Of a stretch of DNA of 64,000 nt, positions 25,083 through 40,480 are shown piece by piece. The position numbers and the translations under genes are program-made. The DNA comes from Flaccisagitta enflata (taxonomy: Eukaryota), in assembly GCA_965153355.1 (NCBI GenBank), contig OZ231126.1, positions 930,001 through 994,000 on the forward strand. The letters are read 5' to 3'. Below the pieces are notes generated by a model. It had not been told where the DNA came from. It was given only the letters and a program-made list of their open reading frames with translations, and ran no database searches. Each line of letters begins with the position of its first letter. Within the stretch, counting starts at the first letter, position 1.

Positions 25083-27881
25083 CAGTAGACACACAATTTT
25101 GACACAACTGAAAATTTGAAGGCAATCGGACAAAATCTTCTATATGCTTATGTTAGGTTTAGGGAAAGAAAGGAGGGGTAGTTGAAAGAGAGAAAGAAAT
25201 GTCAAAGAAAAGTTAAAGAGAAGTTAAAGAGAGGCGTCCAGGTACAGGCTGTGGACTGTCTGGGAAAGAGGAAGAAGGACATTATCTTCCCCTAACCCAG
25301 GCGTGGTTAGGCCCCATCCCACTCATCCTAGACACCAAAGAAATAGTAGAAATGTAGGAGAGAAAAAAGGGTTAAAAAAAGAGTTTTAGCAAGAATGAAT
25401 GAGAGTCAGAAGAAAGTTGAACTAAGATGAAGAGGAAGATAACATGAGTAAGAAGAAGAGGATGAAACCAACAAAGCAGCTCAGAGAGGGACAGCAGACA
25501 ATCAAACATCATAGGACCCGAGACAATCAGATAAAGGAAGGACAAGTGCCACAAAAATGAACAAAGTTAAAAAGGAGACTGAAAACAGCGCACATAACCT
25601 TCATACACTAAACAAGAGATAAAACACAAAAAACTAACCAATATATACACTAGAATACTGTACATATATACACATACCAGTGCTATATTAATAGACCACT
25701 GGAATGTAATCATAAAATTATTACAAAAACTTTTGTTAATGACACACCGTAAGGGTAAAAAAATAGAGGTTTTCTTTGAATCACTGTAATTTCTAAACCG
25801 TTTGAGCAACTAAATCCAGACACGACTCAAAAAAAAAAATCTATTGAATAGCTTTCCAACCATCACCAATTTTCCTTAGTTTCTCTTAAATTAGGATTGT
25901 TAAAATAAGTTTTAAAAATCCGCCATTTTTTATGACGCCAAGGTTATTCGTTAGAGGCGGAATTTCGTAAGAAGCGTGTTGGTTAGAATGATATTCTTCT
26001 GTACCAGGTTATTCATGTAACATTATGGAGCGACCAGTATCAAATCTATGATAACGGAATAGACAAAATTGTGTATGAAAACCGCAGTTTCAGAATCAGA
26101 AATATTGATAACGATGCAGAAAATTTAGAATCACGACAAGTAGGAGGACTACCAAAGTGGCTTGATGAGTTTTTAGTTGCGTGAACGCGACTCTAGAAGC
26201 TGCTATGTCGGTCGGTCCATCCGTCTGTCATGTAATATAGCTTTAGTCTTCATTTTAAAGGTATTTTATGGTACTTTAGGGTACTTAAGCACGGCGAAAC
26301 GATCGACGGACAAACGCAAATTTGAGAGTGCAGTACCCGGACTGGTCAGGAAAGGTTCAACTGCATGTTGGGAACACCAAACACCCGTAGCCAAAATAAT
26401 CTGAAGGCAAAAAACTGATTGCATAACATTTTAGTAGGACGGGGGAAAGCCTAATATCCAACATCGATTTTTTAGATGCGTCCTCGCATCTCTATAAGAG
26501 GGTCTGTCCCCTGGTAGGTCTGAATGTCTGAATGTCTGTCCGGAACGCGAAAATTTTAAAATGCGATTTTTAAGGTTTTTGCTTCATTTCTCTTCTTGTC
26601 TCTTATAGTTCTCTTGTCTCTTTCATCTCTTTTGTCTCTTTTGTCTCTTTTGTCTCCTGTATGTCTCCTATATGTCTCTTATATCTCTTATGTCTGTTAT
26701 TTCTCTCATGTATCTTAGGTCTGTTATGTCTCTTTTTTTTCTTATGTATCTTAGGTCTCTTATGTCTCTTATGTCTCTTATGTCTTTTTCTCTCTTTTGT
26801 CTCCTAAACGTCTCCCATATGTCTCTTATGTCTCCTATATGTCGCATATGTCTCTTATGTCTCGTATATCTCTTATGTCTCTTATATCTCTTCTGTCTCT
26901 TATATCTCTTATATCTCTTAGGTCTCTTATGTCTCTTATGTCTCTTATGTCTCTTCATGTCTCTATATGTCTCTTATGTCTCCTCATGTTTCTTCATGTC
27001 TCTTCATGTCTCTCCATATCTCTCCATATCTCTTCATATCTCTCCATATCACTCCATGTCTCTCCAAGTCCCTTCATTTCTCTTCGTGAGGATGAGGCGG
27101 GGGTGTGGGGAGGCGTGGGGATAGGGGAGGCGTGGGGAGGTGGGGGAGGGTTGGGGAGGTGGGGAGGGGGGGGAGGAGGGGAGGGTGGAGAGGCGGGGAG
27201 GTGGAGGCGGGGATGGGGTGGAGAGGCGGGGGGGGGGGTGGAGAGGCGTGGGGGGGAGAGGAATCAGTTTATATTTTTCTCTTTATCTCGATATCTCTGA
27301 ATCTTTATATTTTCATATTATCATATCTTAATATCTTTTTATCTTAATAATTTGTATGATAATATCTTACGTCTAAAGAGGACGCATCTATTGGACATCT
27401 CTTGGCCTTGTTTCTGAATTCATCGTCAAAACTCTGCTAGTTAAAGCTGATGTAATCATTTGAGAAAGCCATTTGACCAAGGAAATTGTAGCAGCAAACA
27501 CTAATTCTTCTGAAATCCCATTTTTACTTATGCGGGGAAATCCCGTCGACTGCTTCTGCTGTTTCTAAGGAGGATATGTTGGGAATTTTCAATAGCAATA
27601 CCAAATGACTGCATGTCTCCATTTGACTATGCATCTGTACGTCTGTCTCTGTCTTCCAAATTTCTGTCTGTCTATCTATTTGTCTACCTCTGCAATCCCG
27701 TCTGTCTGTAAGTCTATCTCTGTCTGTCCATCTCTCTCTCTCTCTCTCTCTCAATGTGGCTGTCAGGAACGCATCTCGATAAGCGGGATTGCCCATCTGT
27801 CCATCCATCTATCAGTCCTTCCATTGGTCCATCCGATCGTAGGTCCGTTACGCTGAAGAATCATAGTTTTTGGCACTTCTC

Positions 27882-27941
<60 letters not shown>

Positions 27942-28200
27942 TATCGTCACCTCTGTCGTCTCCGTCCTTTGCTTTAATTATTTTAAGAGAAATATGAACA
28001 GTATGTCTTTCTATTTAATCATGTATGTATCACACATAATCAGCGCAAAATTCACTCCACACAGTTACACAGTCCAGACACATCATAGCTCGAACTGGCT
28101 CGTTTTCTCGTGTGCCCTCCTCGTACGTGTCCTGTTTGCATCCACTCGCGTGTTAGGGTGTTTGTGTGTGAGTATTTGACTGTACGGGTGTTATGATGTG

Positions 28201-28259
<59 letters not shown>

Positions 28260-29152
28260 TCGCTCGCTTAAAAAAAAAAAAAAGAATTTAGTCTTTTACA
28301 AATAATCAGCGCAAAATTCACATCACACAATTACACAGTCCAAACGTATCATTGCCTGAACGGGTTCATTATTTTTTGGGCGTCCTCCTTGTTTGTGTTC
28401 TGTTTGCATACACTTACGTGTAAGGGTGTTTGTGTGTTTGTGTGTGAGTGCGTGTGTGCGTGAATTTATCCATGTGCGTGTTTCTACGCGTGCATGCTGG
28501 TGATCCGTACGTCCGTCTCCCTTCTTGAAGCTCATACCGTTGACCATCTAACGCTTTTGCGACTCTCACTTTTTTGGCATTTTAAGCATTTTGAGCACAC
28601 GACTAGGGTAGCCGTGTATCCAGCCTTGTTATTTTGTGTCTGTTTGTGTATGTGAAGAGGTAAATCCAAAAATCAATGGGGGGTTATTTGCGTATGCATC
28701 ATACATGAGGTGAGTATGATTAATTTGTCATTTTATCATTGAGATCCTGCAAAGGACATGGGACAGCTTTGTTGAATGAGTCTGCGGGGGGAATCATAAC
28801 ATGTAGACATCCATGCACACTACCAGATACATTGTTAATGATCTGGATGCATCCTACGCGAACGAGGCCATATGCACTCGCCCCATTAGTGGGTGGATGG
28901 GCAGAGGTGGAAAAACGCTTTTGTCACCGACGGATGGATCAATCGACTAACTGACCAACCAACTGTAACAGCAAGCTCAGTTCAGTGTCTGCGACTAAAA
29001 AGAAGCTTCAAAGCATCACTATCTATGATGCCTGTCTCATCTAATAATTCAATTTATGTTTGTTGTTGTTTTTTTTTTTTTTTTTTTGCATATGTGGTAT
29101 TGGTAGTTTAAACTGTCGAATTTGACCTTGAATTTTGGTAAGTTAAGAGTTT

Positions 29153-29710
29153 TTGGGCAGCGGCCCCAAAGGGGACGAAGTCCTGTAGAACACAGGGGAA
29201 CTTTTGTTCGTCCTTCCGTCCTTCCGTCCGTTCGTCCCCCCATTAGGCCTCTCAGACCTGAAATCTGTCCTCTCAGGCCTGAAATCTGCCCTCTCAGGCC
29301 TGAACTATGCCATCTCATGCCTGGAATCTGGCCTCTCAGGCCCAAAAGCTGCCCTCTCAGGCCTGAAATCAGCCCTCTCAGACCTGAAATTGGCCCCTCA
29401 GGCCTGAATTTGGCCCCTCAGGCCTGAAATTGGCCCACTCAGGCCTGAAATTGGCCCACTCTGGCCTGAAATTGGCCTCTCAGGCTTTTCAGGCATCAAC
29501 TCAGCCCTCAGGCCTTGAATCTGCTATCTCAGGCCTCAAATCAGCCATTTCAGGCCACCAATGTACCCTCACAGGCCATTAGCCATCTCAGGATGGACAA
29601 AAGTCCCCCTGTGTTCTACAGGACTTCGTCCCCTTTGGGGCCGCTGCCCTGCTTCCCCTCACTCCAATTCACAATCATGCAAAGCAGGGCAACGGGTATC
29701 GCTGACCACA
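29153..29710 (+). mobile_element. Helentron-associated (HINE/DINE-1-like) element, family 2, with an internal 21-bp tandem array
   Basis: Subterminal inverted repeats gggcagcggccccaaaggggacgaagtcctgtagaacacagggg / cccctgtgttctacaggac...gccgctgccc, a GTCC microsatellite, 21-bp repeats (ctcaggcctgaaatctgccct) and a 3' hairpin-like end. Other copies at about 22606-23245, 33652-34088, 51985-52495 and, inverted, 29760-30345 and 39119-39794. Confidence 0.65.
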
Positions 29711-30949
29711 AATGACTTAAATGACCACAAATGACTTAAATGTCTTAATCGCAACCCAAAGGCGGTTGGTGGTCAGCGATATCGTTACCCTGCTTGAGTG
29801 ATTGGTGATTTCAGTTGAGGGAGAGCAGGGCAGTGGCTCCAAAAGGGGCAAAATCCTGTAGAACAGAGGGAATCTGTCCTTCCATCCACCTGTCCGTCCA
29901 TCAATTCGTCCATTCATCCCATCCCACGCCATCCTTAGGGTTTTGTCTCCTTTGGGGCCTGATCTGACCCAAATTTTGCCAAATAGCCCAAATCCAAGCA
30001 GTATGGCCCAAATCTAAGCAAAAATGGTCCAAATCCGGTCAGAATCTACATACTTGAAGCCAAAATGATGGACCTCAGGCCAGAATTTGGGTGTTCTGAC
30101 CAAGTTTGGGCGATATTGCTTGAATTTGGGCCATTCTGCTTGGATTTTAGCCATTTTGCTGAGATTTGGGCTACATTGCTTGGATTTGGGCTTTTTGGCA
30201 GAATTTGGGCCAGAATAGGCCCCAAGGGAGACGAAGCCCTGAGAATGGGGCGAGGGGAGTTGCTTACGGACATACATATGTACAAACAGATTCCCCCTGT
30301 GTTCTACACAGTACAGGACTTCAACCCCTTTTGGGTTGCTGCCCAAGAAGACAAAATGATGTAAAACTAGTTGGATTAACCAAATTGACTTAAATGACTA
30401 AGAATGACCTAATATGACTAAATTTGACAGAGTGACTTAGAATGACTTAGAATGACTTAGAACGACTTAGAACGACTTAGAATGACTTGCAATGACGCGG
30501 GGTCACAATATTGTTGTGGATGGCTGGACAGGGGCATCCAACCTCCATCCACACCCCACCCCCTATCCCACACTCGCAAACATAAACAAAAACTATCTAA
30601 AATGCTTGTTATTCCACTTTTCACTTGATGACCCTGGACAGATAGAGTCATTGATGGACGGACAAAGCTTTTATACAGTTTTGTCACTTTTGTGTCGGCA
30701 ACTAAAATTAAAAAGAAAAATTTGTCAAACGGATGGATGGACGGATGGACAGAGCGGGTAATAGAGTCGTGTGCACGCAAATAAAAATAGCCAAAATGAA
30801 TGCTATTGATGGCCAAATGGTTAGATGGATGGGTCAACAGATGGACCATCCAACAGAGAGAGAGTTGCAAACACGGAGCAAATAGATTAAAAAGATAATT
30901 GACTGATTTGCCCAAATGCTTTTAAAGCTATGCAGTTACATCAATGCAC

Positions 30950-31361
<412 letters not shown>

Positions 31362-31844
31362 AACTGACAAGACAAAAATACACACAGACACACAGTTACT
31401 GAAAGATTCACATGGACAAATATACAGACAGATACTGACGGACGGGGACTGATCGAAATCAAGGTATCCAATTGTCAAATAAAACATAGATTCGGATTTC
31501 CTTTGCATTTTCTCTATGGAAGCAGTCGACGAGACATTCAAGCTTACCCAAACTTAAAAATGTTAAAAAATGTCACGTTTTATACTGCATTTTTCACAGC
31601 AATATGATTTTCGCAAGTGATAAAGCAATAACTGTCTTAATGAATAAGAAATAAAAAGATGTCCGTGAACCTCAATTATGGGACTTTTGCAGTATTACAA
31701 AAGTGTCATGTAATCAAATTTTTGCCTTCAGGCTAATTTACCAACGGGTGTTTGATGTTTCCCACATGCTGAGGGACCCTCCCTGACCAGTCCGGGGTCT
31801 GCACACTCAAAATTGTCTTTGTCCGTCGATTGTTTCACCGTGTA

Positions 31845-32510
31845 AGGGTACTTTAGGGTACTTTAGGGTACTTTAGGGTACTTAAGGTACTTAAGGGCAT
31901 TTTAGGGTACATTGAATACTTAAGGATACTTTAGGGTATATTAGGTACTTAAGGGTACTTTAGGCTGCTTTAGGTACTTCAGGGTACTTTAGGCTACTTT
32001 AGGGTACTTTAGGATACTTCAGGGTACTTTAGGGTACTTCAGGGTACTATAGGGTACTAAAGATATCTAAGGGTACTATAGGGTACTTCAGGTACTTTTG
32101 GGTATTTTAGGGTACTTAAGGGTACATTAGGTACTTAAGGGTACTTTACAGTACATTAGGTACTTTAGAGTACTTCAGGGTACTTTAGAGTACTCTAGGT
32201 AATAAAGGTAATAAAGGTAGTTTAGGGTACTTTAAAGTACTTCAGGGTACTTTAGGTACTTTAGGTTACTTAAGGGTACTTTAGGTACTGAAGGGTACCT
32301 TAGGGTACTTTTGGTAGTTGAGGGTACTTTAGGTATTTAAGAGTACTTTAGGATACTTATGGGTACTCTAGGGTACTTTAGGTACCTTTACCTTTATTAC
32401 CTTAATTACCTTTATTACCATTATTAATTTATTACCTCTATTACCATTATTACCCTTATTACCCTTATTGCCTTTATTACCGTGATTACCTTAATTACCT
32501 TTATTACCAC
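31845..32510. repeat. About 10-bp minisatellite (agggtacttt) followed by 9-bp (ttattacc-type) repeats, inside a HINE-like element
   Basis: Directly visible. The element ends in acgcgactaaggtttgttgaccttgtt. Confidence 0.85.
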
Positions 32511-35500
32511 GCGACTAAGGTTTGTTGACCTTGTTTCAGAATTAGATAGCTTGCTATTTTGATTATTTGTGAATGAAACCCAGACAAGCTGAGACGTAAA
32601 ATGCTTCCCTGTAAAGTTACACCTGTATTACGGATTCAAGAGTAATGGAAATTCACCTAAAACGGTCATACTGATTTAGTCCTTTCATGTTAATTTCCTT
32701 CGATTTCTACATTGGAAATAACAGATCTCCGCCTACGACAGAAAAGAATTGATGGTCCCTTGAATTTCGTTATTGCGGGGTTCAACTGTGCTTCACCATC
32801 GAATTGCCGTGCGGTTTTTAGTCGCGTGCTACGCGACTCTACACCCCACTTTGTCGGTCCGTCGGTCCGTCCGTCTCTCACACTTTACTTTTTCTGGTTT
32901 TTTTTGCGGTTTTTGGCCTCACTGCTCCTGCCCAAATGATGCAGTGACCTCAATTATGGCCCCTGCCCACCCGCACGCGACTGGGGTAGCCGTGTATCCG
33001 GCCTTGTTTCGAGCACATATAGATTACAATGCAGAAAATTTAGAATCACGACAAGTAGGGCGGCTGCCAAAGTGGCTTGATGAGTTTCTTAGTCGCGTGC
33101 TACGCGACTCTACACCCTGCTTTGTCGGTCCGTCGGTCTGCCGGTCCGTCAGTCTGTCTGTCCGTCGATTTGTCGGTCTGTCTATCCGTCGGTCCATCCG
33201 TCACACTTTACTTTTTTTTTGTTTTTGCGGTTTTTGGCCTCACTGCTCCTGCCAAATTTATCTGGTGACCTTAATTACCGCCCTGCCCATCTGCACGCGA
33301 CTGGGGTAGCCGTGTATCCGACCTTGTTTCCAAATAAGATAACTATCTATCTTGATTTCCTATTTGTGAATGAAACGCAGACAGGCATAGGCAAAAAATG
33401 CTACCAAATACAGTTACACCCGTATAACAGATCCAAGAGTAATGGAGATTCACCTACAACAGATATACTATCTAGGAAATAGAAATCTTTCCACACGTTT
33501 CTGTCAATATCTCTTGTAAGAATCCTCTGATTAAGAGAAAATTGGTGACAAAAATGAAGCTATTTGAATTTCCAAGCCATCCACGCAAACCGAATCTTGC
33601 TATCTCACTGGATTTAGAAGTTATCTTACTTTGAATGAAATCATTCCTTTCTGGGCAGCGGCCCCAAAGGGGACGAAGTCCTGTAGAACACAGGGGACTT
33701 TCATTCATTCGTTTGTTTGTCTATTTGTCCCCCCCAGGCCTTCTCAGGCCTGAAATCCGCCCTCTTAGACCAAAAATCTGCATTCTCAGGCCTGAAATCT
33801 GCCCTCTCAGACCTTGAATCTGCCCTCTCAGGCCTGAAATTTACCCTTTCAGACCTAAAACCTGTCCTCTCAGCCCTTGAATCTGCCTTCTCCGCCCTAA
33901 AATCTGCCCTTTCCGATTCAAGAAAGGGTCTGGGGGGGCGGCGGACGGATGAACGAACGAAAGTCCCCTGTGTTCTACAGGACTTTGTCCCCTTTGGGGC
34001 CACTGCCCTGCCTCTCATTCCGATTTACAATCATGCAAAGCAGGGCAACGAGTATCGCTGACCATGTATTGCCCTTGGGCGACCTGTTAAGGTTACTTAA
34101 TTTGACTCTTTTAGTTGCAGACACGCAACTCTATAAGAGGCTTTGTCCATCCGTCGGTCGGTCAGTCGGTCGGTCCATCCGTCGGTCCGTCGGTCCATCG
34201 GTCGGTGGACACGAGTCGAAAAGTGAGGAGATGAGCGTTTTAGATGCTTTTTGTGCATGTGAGTGGGGGACTTGCGGTGTGGATTGGGGTTGGATGCCCC
34301 TGCCCACCCGTCCGCAACGATATTGTGACCCCGCGTCACTTGTTAAAGTAAGTTTTATCTATTTCAATATCAAAATCTCCTTTGTTTTTTCATGAATTGA
34401 CAAAAAATTGGTGGCCGAAATGAAGAGTTTTTCAAGGGCCATTTTTTTAGTTGCGGACACGCATCTCTATAAGAGGCTTTGTCCGTACGTCCGTCCATCG
34501 GTCCGTTGGTCCGTCGGTCCATCAGTCCGTGGACACAAGTCGAAAAGTGAGGAAATGAGCGTTTTAGATGCTTTTTGTGCATGTGAGTGGGGGACTTGTG
34601 GTGTGGATTGGGGTTGGATACCCCTGCCCACCCGTCCGCAACAATATTGTGACCCCACATCACTTGTTTTTTTTTTTTTTTGCGCAATAAAGTCAGTTCA
34701 GCCATTAAAGAGTTATGATCACTCAAAGATGAAAAAGAGGAAAAAAAAATCATCACTCAAAAAGGCTGGAAACTATCACTCCAAAGAGCCCCCAGAAACT
34801 ACAAATTGCTGAATCGGCTAATGGCGGTGGTAATCGAGTTAGAGGGAGCCTACATCCATTATTGATCGATTTGCAATCAACTGATGTACATGATTGTGTC
34901 AATAAATGACATGAATTGATAGGTGGAAAGATTTCTATTTCCTAGATAGTAACAACTTAGTCCTTTCACGTTAATTTCATTTGATTTCTACATTGAAAAT
35001 AACAGAAATCCGCCTATGACGAATGAAATTTGTTGATCCGTAGTTGCGGGGTTCAATTCTACTTCTCCATCAAATTGCCATGCGGTTTTTTCGAGCAAAT
35101 AAGGACCTCTGCTTGTCTGACTTACTGCCTAAATGACTAGAGTAGACTGTAATATAATTTCAATATATTGACTCATAGAATTGTTACTGAAAACATTATT
35201 TTTTCCTGTCTATAACGGTATGCACGAGATCGATTAGGGCAGCGATAATGATCAAACTTTGGAAAAAAAAAGTATGGACAGACCAACCGACACAGCCTAA
35301 ATCCACACAATCTGCACTCACGGTAAATGGATAAAGATAGAGGCTTTATGAAAAAAAACAAGGCTGGATACACGGCCAATAAGAAGTGGCTTGAAGTGCA
35401 GGGGCAGTTATGCGGATGTGCAGGAACGGTAAGACTGGTAGGTTGAGGCAGTTTATGGGTGCAAACAATCCCTCTTGTGGAGTCACTTAGCAAGCGATTA

Positions 35501-36246
35501 AAAATTACAATTTAAAATCATAAAAAATGTCTATCACGATTATTTCTTAAGACTTGGAATGAATTTGCAATATTTTCAGACCTCCAGATCAGTCAAAATA
35601 CCGACAAACAAACCATCCTACCAAAAAGAAGCTTGCAGGGCGTGTAACAAGGTGTGCAAAATTATCCGCAATAGCTTAATGGAAATAAAACTATACTCAA
35701 AAGTGACCTAGCACTATGAAATTTGGACCAAAGTGCCCCAGTTAATTATACTAGAAGCTAGAATTGATTGCAATGGGAGTCAAATGATTTTAAGCAAAGA
35801 TTTTGATTTTGACAGGATTTTATTTCATTGGTAAAAAAGATAATAAAATCATAGATTCTTGTATTTGTGACTACTCAATAATGATTTTTTTTGCTCGACA
35901 CACATTATGCTGAGGGAGGTAAATTATATCAACATGAATGGAGCTCATTTAAGCAAATAAACAAGGCCTAAAGAGCAAGGAAAACTAATAACAGAATTTC
36001 AGAATATTTTGATAAATTTTTGAAAGGAGTGTTTTATAACTATAAAATTTACCTAAAAAGTTCTCTCACTGACTTTGTGAATTTCAGTTTTGAATACTAA
36101 AAAGAATATTTTTTCTTACCTACCACTCATACTTTCAAAAATCATTATCCTCAATATTATTCAAGAAAATTAAGTGCCTTTTGCGGATAATTTTGCACAC
36201 CCTGTTATCCCACTACGCACTGACCGACTTAGCGCCAATGAAGATT

Positions 36247-37290
36247 TCAGATTTTACGCCAATCTATTTGAAATTTGATAAATTTTACAATCATATAAAG
36301 AAAGACAGCGATGAAGAATGTTAGAAAAGCTCCTGCCACGAAACGCCTCGTCAGCCGGTAATACTCTTGCGCTTCCGTCACCTGAACACAAAAGACAAAG
36401 TCATTTCAATGAGTTACGATGACTACGGCTACCCCAGTCGAGTGCGAGTGGGCAACTAGTTATATGAATTTTACATAATACCTCATACTAGTTTTACTAC
36501 AAAGTTTGTAAAAAACTCTTTTGCGCACCCTTTGGCCAAAAAGTAAACACACATACGGATTTAGGAAGAGGGTCTGTCCGTCGGTCCGTCCGCTGCTCCT
36601 GCCAAAGCGCTTGGCCGGCCCCTGCCCCTGCCCGTCTGCCCGCGACTAAGTTTGTCGTGTTTCCGACCTGGTTTAAGAGTAGACTTTTAAGATTCTGTTC
36701 TTTTTTTCTTTCATTGAACTTACATTTCCGTTACTGAGAGCTTCTCTCGTCCGGATCGCGTTGTAGAGTGCCACAGAACCAAGACAAAAGCAGTTGCAAA
36801 AGATGCAAGAAATGATGGCCAATGGTAAATAGTCTGGTCCAATGCCCGCCCCTGGAGCGAGCGGCACAAACTGGGTATCAGCTGGTACCGTTACTGGAGT
36901 CAGTGTGCTCGGATAGTAATTGGTCGGACTAGGAGCCAATGTCACAGGTTGGAAGTTGGTATGGGTCGGGGTTGCTGCCGGTGGCGGTGGGTAGGGCACT
37001 AATACCGGCGGGTAAGGGCCTGTTGCTGCCGGTGGGTAAGGGGTTGGCCCCACAGGATTTGGCGCTTGAAAATTGATGTGTCCCGGACTTGCTGATGGTG
37101 GATATGGGTTTAGTTCCAACCCCGTGGGCTCGAAGTTGGTGCGGGTTGGAGTTACTACTGGTGGGTAAGGAGTCGAGCTCACAGGTGCCTTGAAAGGGTC
37201 ATGTCCTGGACTTTGTGTTGGACCCATTGATACTGCAGAATTGTAATCAGGAGGAGGAGCCGAAGGCATTTTCTCCGTTTCAGGATCCAT
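36247..37290 (-). CDS. Proline-rich CD225/dispanin-family membrane protein (PRRT1/IFITM-like), paralog A, 2 coding exons
   Basis: Exon 37290-36724 (MDPETEKMPSAPPPDY...PDYLPLAIISCIFCNCFCLGSVALYNAIRTREALSNGN, donor GTAAGT) and exon 36381-36247 (VTEAQEYYRLTRRFVAGAFLTFFIAVFLYMIVK...stop). CD225 pattern D-Y-L-x-x-A-I-x-S-C-x-x-C-x(4)-LG-x-x-A followed by a C-terminal hydrophobic helix. Confidence 0.85.
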
Positions 37291-39016
37291 CGTTTTCACT
37301 CCTCTTTATCTTTTTGTAAGATCTTTTTAGTGAATGAAATTGCGTTCAGGAACTGTGAAAAATTCTGTTCAGAAAACCGTTGTTGACTTACCATATATTG
37401 TCAGACAATAAATGTATGTGAACAGAGAGTCTTGTGACACACACATAAGCGCGCGCAGTAGCAGCGCTGTAGCTGTTGGATTAGAAGCTCCAGAAGCTGG
37501 GTTGTAGTGGGACATCTCTAAAAATCATGTATTTGCCTTCTCACGATTGCTCTTATGTTTTGTGATGCATCATTTGGTCTTCATCTCGGGTGTTGCAGTT
37601 AATGGAAGAAATGTTCTTTAGAAGCTAAGTTATGAAAGTTGAAACAACAGTGCCCTTACAAAAGAAGGCCAGAATTCTCCAATTTACAGAGGATGAAAGC
37701 CTTGCAAGCTTTCAATGGTGTTTACTCCGGATTGCTCACAACTATCCTTTACCAGTAATGGCGGCTGTCGCCGTGAGGAAAAAGTCGTAAGCGTTGTTCA
37801 CTTTTCACCAAGCATTTGTCAATACAACTCTTTTTATTTGTTAGATCAAATTGGGAGCAATTGTATGCATTGGTTGCACTGAAAATCAGAGAAAAATAGG
37901 TCTGTGCCAAATGAGCTAGATGAGCTAAGATATTCAAAATCACTCAACAAGATAACCAGCTATGCTTACTGACATGCTTTCTTGTATTTGCATGCTTAAA
38001 TCATAACATTCATTTATCTGTTTTAAAATAAAAAAAAAGCAAGCTAAATGAGCTAAATGAGCTAAATGAGCTAGAATACTCAAAAACACCCTCACAGATG
38101 AGCAACTCTGCTCACTGACATGCTTTCTTGTATTTGCATGCTCAAACATGTATCAAAATATTTATTCATTTATCGCATTTTAAATCAGAAAAACAGACTG
38201 AGCTAAATGAGCTAAATGAGCTAAAATGCTCAGAAACACCCTCACAGATGAGCAGATATGCTCATAAACATGTTTTCTTGTATTTGCATGCTCAAACAAA
38301 CATAAATACACTCCTTTTTTGATCCTACTCAAAATCATAAAAAATCGAAAAAAATTTAATTCACAATTTTCATAAATTAATCTTTAAAAATTCATAGCGC
38401 AAAAAATTTTGGCAAAGAGCATTCTGCTTGGCGCCAAATGAAAGAGAATTATCAAATTTACTTACCTTATTAATTTCATTGGAGGCCCCATTTGGTCGGT
38501 GGAGATTCCTAACTTTCTCATAAGATAATGAAAACCCTGTTTTTCTCGAATATGTCAAAAAGTCGAAGACTGACTTCGACTTTTTTCCCGACAATTAACA
38601 AAAGAAATGCTTACCTGAAAAAAACATCAGCTTGACTGCATACCTCATTGGTATAGGTTCGGACAGGCCTATACCATTTAAGACACACAAAATCTCTTAC
38701 AAAAGTAACAATCAAAGATTACTAATGTACTGGTGGAAGTACTGACACTTGCAATATTGATTAAAAAACCATACCCTTAGAGGCAAGAATCGGGGTACAA
38801 CCATATGGGACCGTCGGCATTCTGTACCAAGGTACTGATACTTATGAAAGTTGAAACAACATTGCCCTTACACAAAAAGGCCAGATTTCTCCAATTTATA
38901 AAGGATGAAACATCTTTGATCACAATTCACATTGTATTTGATTGCCCATTTATGGCCGGAAGTGTAGAAATGCATCACCTCTTTTTAATTCTCTCCCCTA
39001 TTACTCTTTAACACAT

Positions 39017-39080
<64 letters not shown>

Positions 39081-40074
39081 TGTTCACACTATAATGAATA
39101 GTCGCAAAAGCGTCAGATGGTCAGCGGTACCCATTGCCCCTATGTGAGTGTATGTGGGTGTCAGGTGGTTAGAGGGGCAGCGGCCCCGAAGGGGCCGATG
39201 ACCTATGCTGTTTTTATTTGAGCTTCAAGGCTAGAATTAGGGCCTGCAGGTTGGGATATGAGCCTTGAGGCTGGGATTTGAACCTCAAGGCTGGGATTTG
39301 AGCCTCGACACTGGGATTTGAGCCTCAAGGCTGGCTTTGAGGCTAGGATTTGAGCCTTGAGGCTAGGATTTGGGCCTCAAGCCCAGGATATGGGCCTCGA
39401 GGCTGGGATTTGAGCCTCGAAGCTGGGATTTGAGCCACGAGGCTGGAATTTGAGCCTGGAGACATGGATTTGAGACTCGAGACTGGGATTTGAGCTTTGA
39501 GGCTGGGGTTTGAGCCTCAAGGCTGAGATTTGAGCCTCGTGGCTGGGATTTGAGCCTCCCGGCTGGGATTTGAGCCCCCAGGCTGGGATTCGAGATTCCA
39601 GCCTGGGATTTGAGCCTCGAGGCTAGGATTTGGGCCTTGAGACTAGGATTTGGGCCTCAAGACTAGGATTCCAGCCTCGAGGGGGGGACGGAGAAGAAGA
39701 AGGAGGAGAAGGAGGAGGAGGAGAAGAAGAAGGAGAAATTTCCCCTATGTGTGAAAGCATAGGTCATCGGCCCCTTCGGGGCCGCTGCCCAAAAACGGAG
39801 CGATTGACAAGCAGGCGAGTTAAACTGATTGGCAAACAAACCATCAAACGAATGTCGACGGAAACAACCAAATTTCGGGACTTAAAAGGTGTTCTTTTGT
39901 CAGCTGCTCATTGACTTGAACGACATCTTGTTTTAGCTCAGCGACTTCTTTTGACTTTTGCCTTTGCTCTTAAAGAATGCTTAGACACATATGAATGGTT
40001 TCTAATTCGTCATAACATGTCAGAACATACACATTGTATACATCTAAGGCTACAGAAAAAAATACAAAAAAACA

Positions 40075-40480
40075 TCAGACCATGAATTCAGACATATGTT
40101 TGACAACACTATTACCTATGTTTGGTAATTTAGAATGAAAAGACGCCCTTCTCTTTGCAAAAATCGTGAACAGATCTGGATAACCCAGACCTGCTCTAAA
40201 ATCACGGATACTTTCCCATCTATTGAAAGTAAAGATTTTTCGTATCGCGTCATTAACCGCGTTGTTATTTTTATTCATCTCGTTTGAGGTGAAAACTTTT
40301 ACATTAGCAGCATAGGTAAGATTCGGGATACACGTGGAGTATAATAATTGCATCAAAACTGTTTCACTTGGGCGTGTGTAGGCATTAAAAAGTGAATTGA
40401 AAGAGGCGTAAAAGTTTCGAGGATCCGTATTAGGACTAAATGTGACACTTTTTCCACTTTGTAAGTAAAGTCCCAGATAA
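40075..40480 (-). mobile_element. Non-LTR retrotransposon ORF2 C-terminal fragment
   Basis: YLGLYLQSG...FYASFNSLF...VLMQLLYSTCIPNLTYA...AVNDAIRKIF resembles the region after the reverse transcriptase domain of CR1/L2-group LINEs. Its upstream side abuts the TIR element at 40478-41439. Confidence 0.65.
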
